A stretch of DNA of 32,000 nucleotides from Mycolicibacterium smegmatis (GCF_001457595.1 NZ_LN831039.1:6150001-6182000); one strand, 5' to 3'. Numbered from the stretch's first letter, positions 1 through 8,701 are shown. Notes: generated from the sequence alone by a model not told the origin. Numbers and translations: made by a program.

Positions 1-773
1 CCCGGCACCGCTCGGCCGAGCGCACCGCGATCCAGACCGGTTATCCCGTGATCTCGGTGAGCCACTCCATGAGCATCGTGACGGTCTACGTGGCAGGCGA
101 GCGGCACGTGGTGCCCGATTCGGCGACGATCCTGTCCCGGGCCAACCAGACCATCGCGACGCTGGAACGCTACAAGGGCAGGCTCGACGAGGTCAGCAGG
201 CAGCTCTCGACCGCCGAGATCGAGGACTTCGTGACGCTGCGCGACGTGATGACCGTCGTGCAGCGCCTGGAGATGGTGCGCCGCATCAGCCTGGAGATCG
301 ACGCCGACGTGGTGGAACTCGGCACCGACGGCCGCCAGCTCAAGCTGCAGCTCGACGAACTCGTCGGCGACAACGAGACCGCGCGCGAGCTGATCGTTCG
401 CGACTACCACGCCAACCCGGATCCGCCGACGGCCGCGCAGGTCGCCGCGACGCTCGAGGAGCTCGACTCGCTCAGCGACAGCGAACTGCTGGACTTCACG
501 GTGCTGGCACGCGTCTTCGGGTATCCGTCGACCGCCGAGGCCCAGGATTCGGCGATGAGCTCACGCGGTTACCGCGCGATGGCCGCGATCCCCCGGTTGC
601 AGTTCGCCCACGTCGACCTGCTGGTGCGTTCGTTCGGCTCGCTGCAGAACCTGCTGGCCGCCAGCGCCGACGATCTGCAGTCCGTCGACGGCATCGGTTC
701 GATGTGGGCACGCCACATCAGGGAAGGGCTCTCACTGCTGGCCGAGTCGACGATCGCCGACCGGCTGGCCTGA
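1..773 (+). CDS. disA: DNA integrity scanning protein / diadenylate cyclase DisA, C-terminal part (5' end outside window)
   Basis: Frame open from window start; [29 protein letters not shown] diadenylate cyclase motif, C-terminal HhH segment ([19 protein letters not shown]); stop TGA 771-773. Confidence 0.95.
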
Positions 774-774
774 A

Positions 775-1572
775 TTAGTTACCCGCGCCGGGGGCGTCCG
801 GGCCGGGTGCGCCGTCGGCAGGTGGCGCTGCCGGCTGCTGCGGATTCGCCTCGGCGAGGATGAACGGCACGGGCGCGGATCTGAGATTGCCCAGTTGCAC
901 CACGAGGTTGTAGGTGCCCGGACCGATCGGCTGGCGCGGCAGCGGGCACTGCGGCGCCGAACCCATACCGGTCCAGGTGACCTCGGTGGTCACCTGTTCA
1001 CCCGGGTTGAACGTCTTGACCAGCGTCTCGTTGGACGGCGCGCAGTCCAGGTTGGACCACAGCCGCGTGTTGTCGAGCGAGTAGACGTAGGCGGCCAGGA
1101 CCGCGGCGCCGACGTCGCGCTTGCACGCCACCAGACCGATGTTGGTGACCACCATGGTGAACTTCGGCTGATCGCCGACGACGTACTCGGGCTGGCTCGT
1201 GATGCCCTTGACCGCGAGCGTTGAGTCCGGGCAGTCGTCGCCCTCCTTGAGCACGGGCGGCGGCGTCACGGCCGCGGTCGGCGTGGGCGTCGGCGGTGGC
1301 GCGTGCTGCGCGGGCGGGACGATCGGCGTCTTGACGGCGGGGTCCTCGCCGGGCAGCGGCGTCGGAGGGGCGGCCTCCTGGGCCGCGGTCTCACTGGACT
1401 GATCGGCTGCGGTGTTCTCGGATCCCGAGCTGCTCTTGGTCATGATCACCGCGACTATCGCGGCGACAACCCCGACGACGACTACCGCGATACCGATAGC
1501 CAGCGCCCGGCGCCGCCAGTAAATCTGCGCGGGCAGGGGCCCCTGAGGTTCGAGATCCAACACGACTTTCAC
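775..1572 (-). CDS. Conserved mycobacterial membrane protein with N-terminal TM segment and Pro-rich linker (Rv3587c-like)
   Basis: 265-aa ORF, TM helix IGIAVVVVGVVAAIVAVIM, Pro-rich stretch, extracellular-type C-terminal domain; convergent with disA as in M. tuberculosis. Confidence 0.85.
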   Translation of the reverse strand: MKVVLDLEPQGPLPAQIYWRRRALAIGIAVVVVGVVAAIVAVIMTKSSSGSENTAADQSSETAAQEAAPPTPLPGEDPAVKTPIVPPAQHAPPPTPTPTAAVTPPPVLKEGDDCPDSTLAVKGITSQPEYVVGDQPKFTMVVTNIGLVACKRDVGAAVLAAYVYSLDNTRLWSNLDCAPSNETLVKTFNPGEQVTTEVTWTGMGSAPQCPLPRQPIGPGTYNLVVQLGNLRSAPVPFILAEANPQQPAAPPADGAPGPDAPGAGN

Positions 1573-1629
1573 GGTAAGCCCAGGTCATCCCCAGTTGCCC
1601 GAGGCGCCCCGGCGTGTCGCCGTCGGGTG

Positions 1630-2250
1630 TCAGACTTCGCCGATATCGCCCAGGTGGCTGCGCAACTCCACGTGTCCGTCCGCGAGGTGGTAGGTGGTGC
1701 CGACGATGGCCTGCGTACCGGCCGCGAGCCCCTGGGCAATCGCGGTCGAGCGCATCTGCAACTGCGCGACGGTCTCGTTGACGTGCTGGGCCTCGAACTC
1801 GTCGACACGGCTCAACCCGGCCTTGCGCCCCAACAGGATCGAGGGCGTCACACGCTCGACGATGTCGCGGACGAACCCGCTGGGCACCTCGCCCTCGTCG
1901 AGCGCGGACAGCGTCGCCTTGACCGCACCGCAGCTGTCATGGCCGAGCACCACGATGAGCGGCACCTTGAGCACCGTCACGGCGTACTCGATCGACCCGA
2001 GCACCGCGTTGTCGATGACGTGGCCCGCGGTACGCACCACGAACATGTCGCCGAGGCCCTGGTCGAACAGGATCTCTGCGGCGACGCGGCTGTCGCCGCA
2101 GCCGAACACCACCGCGGTGGGACGCTGCGCCTGGGTGAGGCTCGCGCGGCGCTCGATCCCCTGGCTGGGGTGCAGCGGTTGGCCCGCCACGAAACGGGCA
2201 TTACCGTCCTTGAGTGCTTTCCACGCTGCCACAGGACTTGAGTTCGGCAT
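1630..2250 (-). CDS. canB: Beta-class carbonic anhydrase
   Basis: GCGDSR and GHDSCGA zinc-ligand motifs; likely start MPNSSPVAAWKALKDGNARF, cat at 2248-2250. Confidence 0.93.
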   Translation of the reverse strand: MPNSSPVAAWKALKDGNARFVAGQPLHPSQGIERRASLTQAQRPTAVVFGCGDSRVAAEILFDQGLGDMFVVRTAGHVIDNAVLGSIEYAVTVLKVPLIVVLGHDSCGAVKATLSALDEGEVPSGFVRDIVERVTPSILLGRKAGLSRVDEFEAQHVNETVAQLQMRSTAIAQGLAAGTQAIVGTTYHLADGHVELRSHLGDIGEV

Positions 2251-2275
2251 TTGTACATTCTGCCCTGAAGACGCG

Positions 2276-3157
2276 ATGAGCATCAGCCCGGTTGAACTTT
2301 TGAGTTGGTACGACCATGCGCGGCGGGATCTGCCGTGGCGGCGCCCCGGCGTGAGCGCCTGGCAGATCCTGGTCAGCGAGTTCATGCTTCAGCAAACCCC
2401 GGTGTCGCGGGTCGAGCCGATCTGGCAGGCCTGGATCGAGCGGTGGCCCACGCCGTCGGCCACGGCCGCCGCCGGACCGGCCGAGGTGCTGCGCGCGTGG
2501 GGAAAGCTCGGCTATCCGCGCCGGGCAAAGCGCCTGCACGAGTGCGCCGTGGTGATCGCATCCGAGTACGACGACGTCGTGCCGCGTGACGTCGACACCC
2601 TGCTCACCCTCCCCGGAATCGGCGCCTACACCGCGCGCGCCGTCGCGTGCTTCGCCTATCAGGCGAGCGTTCCGGTGGTCGACACCAACGTGCGCCGCGT
2701 CGTCACACGCGCGGTGCACGGCACGGCCGACGCACCGGCGAGCACGCGCGATCTCGACATGGTCGCCGCACTGCTGCCGCCCGACGACACCGCCCCGACG
2801 TTCTCGGTCGCACTCATGGAACTCGGCGCCACGGTGTGCACGGCACGCTCACCGCGCTGCGGCATCTGCCCGTTGAGCCATTGCCGCTGGCGCTCGGCCG
2901 GATTCCCGGCCGGCACGGTCACCCGCCGGGTGCAGCGCTATGCGGGCACCGACCGCCAGGTGCGCGGCAAGCTGCTGGATGTGTTGCGCGCCAGCACAAC
3001 TCCCGTGCCGCGCGCACAGTTGGACCTCGCGTGGCCGGCCGATCCCGCCCAGCGTGACCGCGCGCTGGACTCGCTGCTGGTGGATGGCCTGGTGGAGCAG
3101 ACGGCCGACGGCCGGTTCGCGCTCGCGGGCGAAGGCGAGACCGGAAGGCCGGCCTGA
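2276..3157 (+). CDS. mutY: A/G-specific adenine glycosylase
   Basis: HhH-GPD fold motifs (MLQQTPVSRVEPIW, LLTLPGIGAYTARAVACFAY, VVDTNVRRV), C-x6-C-x2-C-x4-C cluster; ATG 2276 just downstream of divergent canB. Confidence 0.93.
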   Translation: MSISPVELLSWYDHARRDLPWRRPGVSAWQILVSEFMLQQTPVSRVEPIWQAWIERWPTPSATAAAGPAEVLRAWGKLGYPRRAKRLHECAVVIASEYDDVVPRDVDTLLTLPGIGAYTARAVACFAYQASVPVVDTNVRRVVTRAVHGTADAPASTRDLDMVAALLPPDDTAPTFSVALMELGATVCTARSPRCGICPLSHCRWRSAGFPAGTVTRRVQRYAGTDRQVRGKLLDVLRASTTPVPRAQLDLAWPADPAQRDRALDSLLVDGLVEQTADGRFALAGEGETGRPA

Positions 3158-3164
3158 GCGCGGC

Positions 3165-4175
3165 CTAGGCCGTCGCCTCCACCATCTCCCTGGCCAGATC
3201 ACCGGCGCAGACGGCGTTGGAAGTGCCTGAGCCGCATGCGAACCGGCGACGGTAGTCCGACGGTGTCACGCCGATGAGCCTGCGGAAGTGGTGGCGCAGC
3301 AGCGTCGAGGTGCCGAAGCCGGCCTGCCCGGCGATCCAGTCGATGTCGAGGTCGGTCTCTTCGAGCAGACGACGCGCATACAGCACGCGCTGATCGGTGA
3401 TCCACTGCATGGGCGTGGTGCCGGTCTCCTCGACGAAACGGCGCGCGAAGGTGCGCGTGGACATCGCGGCCCGCTTGGCCAGGCTCGCGACGGTGTGCGG
3501 CTTGTCGAGGTTGGCGACGATCCAGTCGAGGTGCGGGGCGAACCGGTCCGAGCACCGGACCGGAACCGGCTGGTCGATGAACTGGCGCTGCCCGCCGTCG
3601 CGGTGCGGCGGCACGACCATGCGGCGCGCGATCTTGTTGGTGACCTCGCTGCCGAGCTCGCGCCGCACGAGGTGCAGGCACGCATCGATACCCGCCGCGG
3701 TACCCGCACTGGTGATCAGGTTGCCGTCGTCGACGTAGAGCACGTTGCGGTCGACCCGGGCAGTCGGGTACCGCCGCGCCAACTCGTCGGCGTGCATCCA
3801 GTGCGTGGTGCACGGTCTGCCGTCGAGCAGGCCCGCCGCACCCGCGACGAATGCCCCCGAGCACACCGTCAGGATGATCGACCCGGAATCGGCCGCGGCA
3901 CGCACCGCCTCGAGGGCCGCAGGCAGATATTCGTCGCTGCCGATCGCGGGGATCGCGACCAGATCGACACCCACCAGGTCTTCCAGACCATGGTCGGGCG
4001 TGAGCGTGGCCCCGACCGACGTACTCAGCGGCTTGCCTGCTTCGGGCCCGCAGACCTTGAAGTCGAAGTTCGGCACACCGTCGCCGCTGCGGTCGATACC
4101 GAACACCTCGCAGATCACGCCGAACTCGAACATCGCGAGGCGATCCAGCGCGAGCACGGACACACTTTTGAGCAT
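3165..4175 (-). CDS. GlxA/FtrA-type transcriptional regulator (DJ-1/PfpI-like domain plus AraC HTH)
   Basis: 336-aa ORF; ILTVCSGAFVAGAAGLLDGRPCTTHW nucleophile-elbow region; C-terminal AraC double HTH (SLAKRAAMSTRTFARRF...AGFGTSTLLRHHFRRLIGVTPSDYRRRF). Confidence 0.9.
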   Translation of the reverse strand: MLKSVSVLALDRLAMFEFGVICEVFGIDRSGDGVPNFDFKVCGPEAGKPLSTSVGATLTPDHGLEDLVGVDLVAIPAIGSDEYLPAALEAVRAAADSGSIILTVCSGAFVAGAAGLLDGRPCTTHWMHADELARRYPTARVDRNVLYVDDGNLITSAGTAAGIDACLHLVRRELGSEVTNKIARRMVVPPHRDGGQRQFIDQPVPVRCSDRFAPHLDWIVANLDKPHTVASLAKRAAMSTRTFARRFVEETGTTPMQWITDQRVLYARRLLEETDLDIDWIAGQAGFGTSTLLRHHFRRLIGVTPSDYRRRFACGSGTSNAVCAGDLAREMVEATA

Positions 4176-4247
4176 GGCAGCATTTTATCTGAATATGTCG
4201 CCCCTGCCACTGTTGGCGGTATCCAGGTGCGGCCAACAATTACTGCC

Positions 4248-4502
4248 ATGAATGTCGTCATCGCTCTGCTGATCCTGGCCGCACCCGTTGCGGTGGCCGT
4301 GACACTGGGCTGGGCGGCCCACCGCGGCAACGTTTTACGGTTCGACCTCGCCCAGTTCCGGGTCGGCGTTCCACTCGCCGGCCGCTTCGACACCCCCGAC
4401 GCCGACGCATACCGTGCCGCGCACGACGCCGAGGCCATCCGCAGCCGTTTCGAGCAGCACCCGGTGTGGCCGTCAGCCGGCGTTCTCGGCGAGCGCCGCT
4501 AG
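4248..4502 (+). CDS. Small hypothetical protein with N-terminal transmembrane segment
   Basis: 84-aa ORF MNVVIALLILAAPVAVAVTLGWAAHRG...; tail overlaps the convergent hydrolase by 30 bp. Confidence 0.6.
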   Translation: MNVVIALLILAAPVAVAVTLGWAAHRGNVLRFDLAQFRVGVPLAGRFDTPDADAYRAAHDAEAIRSRFEQHPVWPSAGVLGERR

Positions 4503-5246
4503 GAATTTCGTGACCGCGGCCTGATACACCTCGGGCTGGTCATCGTGGATCAGATGACCGGCGTCGGCGACGTACAGGTACGTGGTCCGAGCGCCGGTCT
4601 CGGCCATCTGCCGCATCTGACCGGCCGGTGCCACCGAGTTGGCCGCCTCCAGCAGCAGCGTCGGCGCCGCGACGTCACGCCACTGCTGCCAGTAGCCCCG
4701 TCGCCCCCACTCCGCGGCGATGTCGATCCACCACTGCGGATGCCCGTGCAACCGCCACCCGGTCGGCGTCCGGTCGAAGGCTTCGAGGAAGTACTGGCCC
4801 GCGACGGGGCCGAACTCGTCGTAAACCGCTTGCGCAGAAGCGAATTCGACCGGGAGCGCATGTACCCACGGTTCCCACGGACCCGTGGTGCGGCCACGGA
4901 AGTCCGGGGCCATGTCCTCCACCACGACGGCGGTCACCAGGTCGGGCCGCGCCGCCGCGAGGCACCACGAGTGCAACGCACCCATCGAATGCCCGATCAG
5001 GATCGCCGGGCGCCCGAGTGCGCCGACCGCGTCGGTCAGGTCCTCGACGAAACGCTCGGTGCTGATCGGATGCGGGTCGGCGACGCCGCGGCCGCGGTGC
5101 CACGGCGCGTCGTAGGTGTATACCTCGCCCAGCCCGGTCAACCACGGCAGTTGACGCGACCACGTGGTGCCGCGGCCCATCAACCCGTGCACCAGCACGA
5201 TCGGTTCGCCGTGGCCGCCGCGGGCGGTGAGGAGATCTGTGACCAT
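4473..5246 (-). CDS. Alpha/beta-fold hydrolase (Rv3591c-like)
   Basis: IVLVHGLMGRG oxyanion region, LIGHSMGALHSW nucleophile elbow (GHSMG), C-terminal DAGHLIH catalytic His; likely start MVTDLLTARGG at 5246. Confidence 0.87.
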   Translation of the reverse strand: MVTDLLTARGGHGEPIVLVHGLMGRGTTWSRQLPWLTGLGEVYTYDAPWHRGRGVADPHPISTERFVEDLTDAVGALGRPAILIGHSMGALHSWCLAAARPDLVTAVVVEDMAPDFRGRTTGPWEPWVHALPVEFASAQAVYDEFGPVAGQYFLEAFDRTPTGWRLHGHPQWWIDIAAEWGRRGYWQQWRDVAAPTLLLEAANSVAPAGQMRQMAETGARTTYLYVADAGHLIHDDQPEVYQAAVTKFLAALAENAG

Positions 5247-5285
5247 GTCGTTATCTTGCCGTCGGATCACGCTACCCTGAACGGC

Positions 5286-5603
5286 ATGCCCGTCGTGAAG
5301 ATCAACGCCATCGAGGTCCCGCCGAACGCCGGACCCGAGCTTGAGAAACGGTTCGCCCACCGCGCGCACGCCGTCGACAATCAGCCGGGCTTCCTCGGTT
5401 TCCAGCTGCTGCGCCCGGTCAAGGGCGAGACCCGCTACTTCGTGGTGACCCAGTGGGAGTCCGAGGAGGCGTTCCAGGCGTGGGCCACCGGCCCGGCGAT
5501 CGAGGCGCACAAGGGCGAGCAGCGCAACCCGGTGGCCACCGGGGCAAGCCTCCTGGAGTTCGAGGTTGTGTTGGACGTTGCGGGGTCGGGCGACAAGGCG
5601 TAG
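5286..5603 (+). CDS. mhuD: Heme-degrading monooxygenase MhuD (Rv3592-like, ABM domain)
   Basis: MPVVKINAIEVPPNAGPELEKRFAHRAHAVDNQPGFLGFQLLRPVKGETRYFVVTQWESEEAFQAW is very close to remembered M. tuberculosis MhuD. Confidence 0.93.
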   Translation: MPVVKINAIEVPPNAGPELEKRFAHRAHAVDNQPGFLGFQLLRPVKGETRYFVVTQWESEEAFQAWATGPAIEAHKGEQRNPVATGASLLEFEVVLDVAGSGDKA

Positions 5604-5646
5604 CCCAGGCCGGGCACTTCGGCCCGCTGCCGGCCTGACGGCCGTC

Positions 5647-6966
5647 ATGGCGGTCGTCGCGGCCCTGGCCTGCGGCTGTTCAGAACGTTCGGCCCCTGCG
5701 GCCGAGGTGTCATACGGCGCTCACATCGACACCAACACCCCGCCTGGTCTGCGCGCCAAGCAGACCATGGACATGCTCAACTCGGATTGGCCGATCGGTC
5801 CGGTGAGTGTGGGCACGCTCGCGTCGCCCGAGAAGATCGACGACGTGGGCGTCAAGATGGACACCATCTGGTGGGACCGCCCGTTCAAGGTCACCTCTGT
5901 GGAGATCGGCGCGGGTCAGGCGACGCTGCATGTGCTCACGTCGTACAACGTCGCGCAGAACATCGAACTGCGCACCAACGACGCGGGCCTGGTGGACCGT
6001 TTCGAGGTGAACCTCGAACCGCCGGTCATCAACGGGTGGTCGGATATCGACAAGGAGATCGCCAAGACCGGCGCGCGGTACTCGTACCAGGTGTCCAAGG
6101 TGCGTCCCGGCGCCGAGGCCACCGACGCGTGCGAGGTGGTCGCGGGCACCAACACCGACCTGTCGCTGCCTCTGGCGTCGATCTTCAAACTCTATGTGCT
6201 GCTTGCGGTCTCCGACGCGATCAAAGAGGGCACGCTGAGCTGGGACGACAAGCTGACCATCACCAAGGACGGCAAGGCACTCGGTTCGGCGGGCCTGGAC
6301 AAGCTGCCGCCGGGCGCACAGATCACGGTGCGCACCGCGGCACAGCAGATGATCTCGGCCAGCGACAACATGGCAACCGACCTGCTCATCGGGCGCGTGG
6401 GCACCGGTGCGGTGGAGCGTGCGCTGGTGACCGCTGGTCACCACGATCCGGCCAGCATGACGCCGTTCCCGACGATGCATCAGGTGTTCTCGGTCGGCTG
6501 GGGCGAACCGAACCTGCGCGAGCAGTGGAAGAACGCGTCGCGCGAGGACCGCATCAAGCTGTTGCAGCAGACGGATTCCCGCCCGTACCAACCTGATCCG
6601 AACCGCACCCACAGCCCCGGCTCGACCGACGGGCTGGAGTGGTACGGCAGCGCGCAGGACATCTGCCGCGTGCACGCCGCTCTGCAGGCCTCAGCGGTGG
6701 GTCCGGCCGCACCGGTCAAGGACATCCTGTCCGCGCTGCCCGGCATCGACCTGGACCCGGCGAAGTGGACCTACATCGGCGCCAAGGGCGGCAACCTGCC
6801 CGGCGATCTGACGTTCAGTTGGTACGCGGTGGACCACACCGGGCAACCGTGGGTCGTGAGCTTCCAGTTGAACTGGCCGCAGTTCCGCAGTTCGACCGCG
6901 GCGGGCTGGCTGCTGCAGATCGCCAAGCGGGCCTTCGCGCTCGCGCCCGTGGGCCGGCTCCACTGA
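5647..6966 (+). CDS. Beta-lactamase-fold lipoprotein (LpqF/Rv3593-like)
   Basis: Lipobox-like LACGC near N-terminus, SxxK (SIFK), SDN motif (ISASDN), KGG in place of KTG; exact start uncertain (upstream in-frame alternative starts exist). Confidence 0.82.
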   Translation: MAVVAALACGCSERSAPAAEVSYGAHIDTNTPPGLRAKQTMDMLNSDWPIGPVSVGTLASPEKIDDVGVKMDTIWWDRPFKVTSVEIGAGQATLHVLTSYNVAQNIELRTNDAGLVDRFEVNLEPPVINGWSDIDKEIAKTGARYSYQVSKVRPGAEATDACEVVAGTNTDLSLPLASIFKLYVLLAVSDAIKEGTLSWDDKLTITKDGKALGSAGLDKLPPGAQITVRTAAQQMISASDNMATDLLIGRVGTGAVERALVTAGHHDPASMTPFPTMHQVFSVGWGEPNLREQWKNASREDRIKLLQQTDSRPYQPDPNRTHSPGSTDGLEWYGSAQDICRVHAALQASAVGPAAPVKDILSALPGIDLDPAKWTYIGAKGGNLPGDLTFSWYAVDHTGQPWVVSFQLNWPQFRSSTAAGWLLQIAKRAFALAPVGRLH

Positions 6967-6970
6967 CCCG

Positions 6971-7519
6971 TCAGCTGCTCCGCAACGTCCAGGCATCGGC
7001 GCGGTGATGCAGCACCGTCCGGCTGACCGGCGCGATGTCGATGCGCCAGAAGGATCTGGGCGGCGCGTCGAGTGCCATCAGGATCACCGCGCGGACCACG
7101 GCGGGATGCGTCACGGCGATCACCTTGCCGTGACGCGTCGACGCGGTCTGCAGCCAGCGCCGGACGCGCTCGACGAGGTCGACGATCGACTCGCCGCCGT
7201 GCGGGGCGCGGGCCGGGTCGGTGAGCCAGACCGCGAGCTCCCCTGGATCGATGTCACCGAGTGAATTGCCCCGCCAGCAGCCGTGGTCCAGATCGGCCAG
7301 TTCGGGAAGCGCCTGCGCCTGCAGACCGAGCCGCTCGGCGGTCTGCCTGGTGCGCGTCTCGGGCCCGCAGAACGCGAAGTCGAAGTCGTTGCCGATGCCG
7401 GCGGCGTCGACCTGCCGGTGGCCCAGGTCGTTGAGAGGTTCGTCGGCGGGGAATCGCCCGGCTGCCACCGCATCGGTCATCGCATGCGCGACCAGCGACA
7501 GCCGGACGACCTCACTCAC
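6971..7519 (-). CDS. Histidine phosphatase superfamily-like protein with degenerate RHG motif, coupled to cbtA
   Basis: GTG start 7519 overlaps cbtA stop by 4 nt; VVRLSLVAHAMTD...DEPLNDLGHRQ, CGPETRTRQTAE, WRGNSL, VIAVTHPAVVRA motifs. Confidence 0.82.
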   Translation of the reverse strand: MSEVVRLSLVAHAMTDAVAAGRFPADEPLNDLGHRQVDAAGIGNDFDFAFCGPETRTRQTAERLGLQAQALPELADLDHGCWRGNSLGDIDPGELAVWLTDPARAPHGGESIVDLVERVRRWLQTASTRHGKVIAVTHPAVVRAVILMALDAPPRSFWRIDIAPVSRTVLHHRADAWTLRSS

Positions 7520-8322
7520 GCCGGAATCTGATCCTGCTGTTTCTGGTCGAGCAGACGCGAGACCAACGCCGCGAACACCAGGCCGATGGTCGTCCACATG
7601 ACGACCTGGGTGCCCAGGGAGTACAGCCGGAACTCGTACAGCAGATCGGCCGAGAAGCCTTCGAGCAGCACGTTGCCCTCGGCGTCGGTGATCGGTCCAG
7701 GTGTCTCGGAGATGGTCGGCAGCAGCAGGAACATCACCGCAACCGACACCACGTAATCGGCGGCGCCGATCAGCGCGGCGTTCCAGGCCCCGAACTTCGG
7801 CGTCAACTTGCGGGCCAGCATCACCGACCCGACCAGCAGCGCCGCCGAGAGGACCGTCACCAACAGGTACAGCAACGTGCGCTGCTGGATCGTCTCGTCC
7901 AGGCTGAGCGCGGGAGGACTCGGCGGGTACTTCAGCGCGGGCACGATCCACAGCGCGATCAGCATGCCGCCGGCCAGCAGCGCGCCTGTGGCACGCGCGG
8001 ACAGGCTGCCGATGCGCCCGTAGGCCACGCAGAACAACACCGCGAGCAGTGCGCCCATCGCGACACCGAACGCGACCACACCGAAGCCCAGGCCGATCGT
8101 GGACTGCACGGTGCGGGTGATCTCGAACCCGCCCCCACCGCCGTGGTCGTGCACATGCGCATGACCGCCGTGCTCAGCCGCCTGGTGGGCCGCGCTGACC
8201 GCGTCCTCGTAGTCGATGGCCCGGTTGATCAGCGGTTCGATGAAGATCCAGGACCAGACGAAAGCGAGCACGCCACCGAGGGCGCCGGCGACGAGGCCGC
8301 GCCCGATGATGTGTTTTTCCAT
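7516..8322 (-). CDS. cbtA: CbtA family membrane protein (predicted cobalt/B12-related transporter subunit)
   Basis: 268 aa, multiple TM segments, HAAEHGGHAHVHDHGGGGG His-rich loop, located next to CbtB and a cobalamin riboswitch. Confidence 0.88.
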   Translation of the reverse strand: MEKHIIGRGLVAGALGGVLAFVWSWIFIEPLINRAIDYEDAVSAAHQAAEHGGHAHVHDHGGGGGFEITRTVQSTIGLGFGVVAFGVAMGALLAVLFCVAYGRIGSLSARATGALLAGGMLIALWIVPALKYPPSPPALSLDETIQQRTLLYLLVTVLSAALLVGSVMLARKLTPKFGAWNAALIGAADYVVSVAVMFLLLPTISETPGPITDAEGNVLLEGFSADLLYEFRLYSLGTQVVMWTTIGLVFAALVSRLLDQKQQDQIPA

Positions 8323-8346
8323 CGGAGTGTTATCGGCTTCCGACGG

Positions 8347-8559
8347 CTAGTGGCACGGGAAGCCGAGCAGGTGCCGGGCATCGTGCACGAACTCGTGCAC
8401 GTAGGTGTTGTTGCCGAACACCGAGGTCGCGCCCTGATCGAGGCCGACGAAGTACAGCACCGCCAGGGCCAGGAAGGCCGTGACGGACAGCCACAGCGCG
8501 GCCTTGGTGGCCGAGAGGTCGAGTGCCGGGGCGACGCTCTGGTGAGCCGGAGAAGTCAT
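8347..8559 (-). CDS. cbtB: CbtB family protein (small single-TM protein with C-terminal His-rich motif)
   Basis: 70 aa, one TM helix, C-terminus YVHEFVHDARHLLGFPCH typical of CbtB. Confidence 0.88.
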   Translation of the reverse strand: MTSPAHQSVAPALDLSATKAALWLSVTAFLALAVLYFVGLDQGATSVFGNNTYVHEFVHDARHLLGFPCH

Positions 8560-8599
8560 GTAGAAGATCCTTTCTGGGATACCGCGTCCCAGTTCGAAG

Positions 8600-8690
8600 G
8601 AGTGACAAACGCAGGGTCTGACTTTCACAGTGGCGCGACCGTTCTGGATTCTCACCAGATTCCGGCGTCTGTCGATTACAGCAGCATCCT
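8600..8690 (-). promoter_or_regulatory. Cobalamin riboswitch upstream of cbtB-cbtA (boundaries approximate)
   Basis: Minus-strand read: GCCGGAATCTGGTGAGAATCCAGAACGGTCGCGCCACTGTGAAAGTCAGACCCTGCG, containing GGTGAGAATCC (8646-8656), GCCACTG (8628-8634) and a B12-box-like AGTCAGACCCTGC (8611-8623). Confidence 0.9.
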
Positions 8691-8701
8691 AAGCCACACA
8701 A

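Noticed and set aside
1303-2241. 312-aa plus-strand ORF across canB and its upstream neighbour
   Set aside because: Antisense to beta-carbonic anhydrase with clear catalytic motifs; RGRRRGG/DHRDYRGDNPDDDYRD low complexity.
3288-4502. 404-aa plus-strand ORF ending with the small membrane protein
   Set aside because: The N-terminal part is antisense to the GlxA-like regulator; only the segment from ATG 4248 looks like a real protein.
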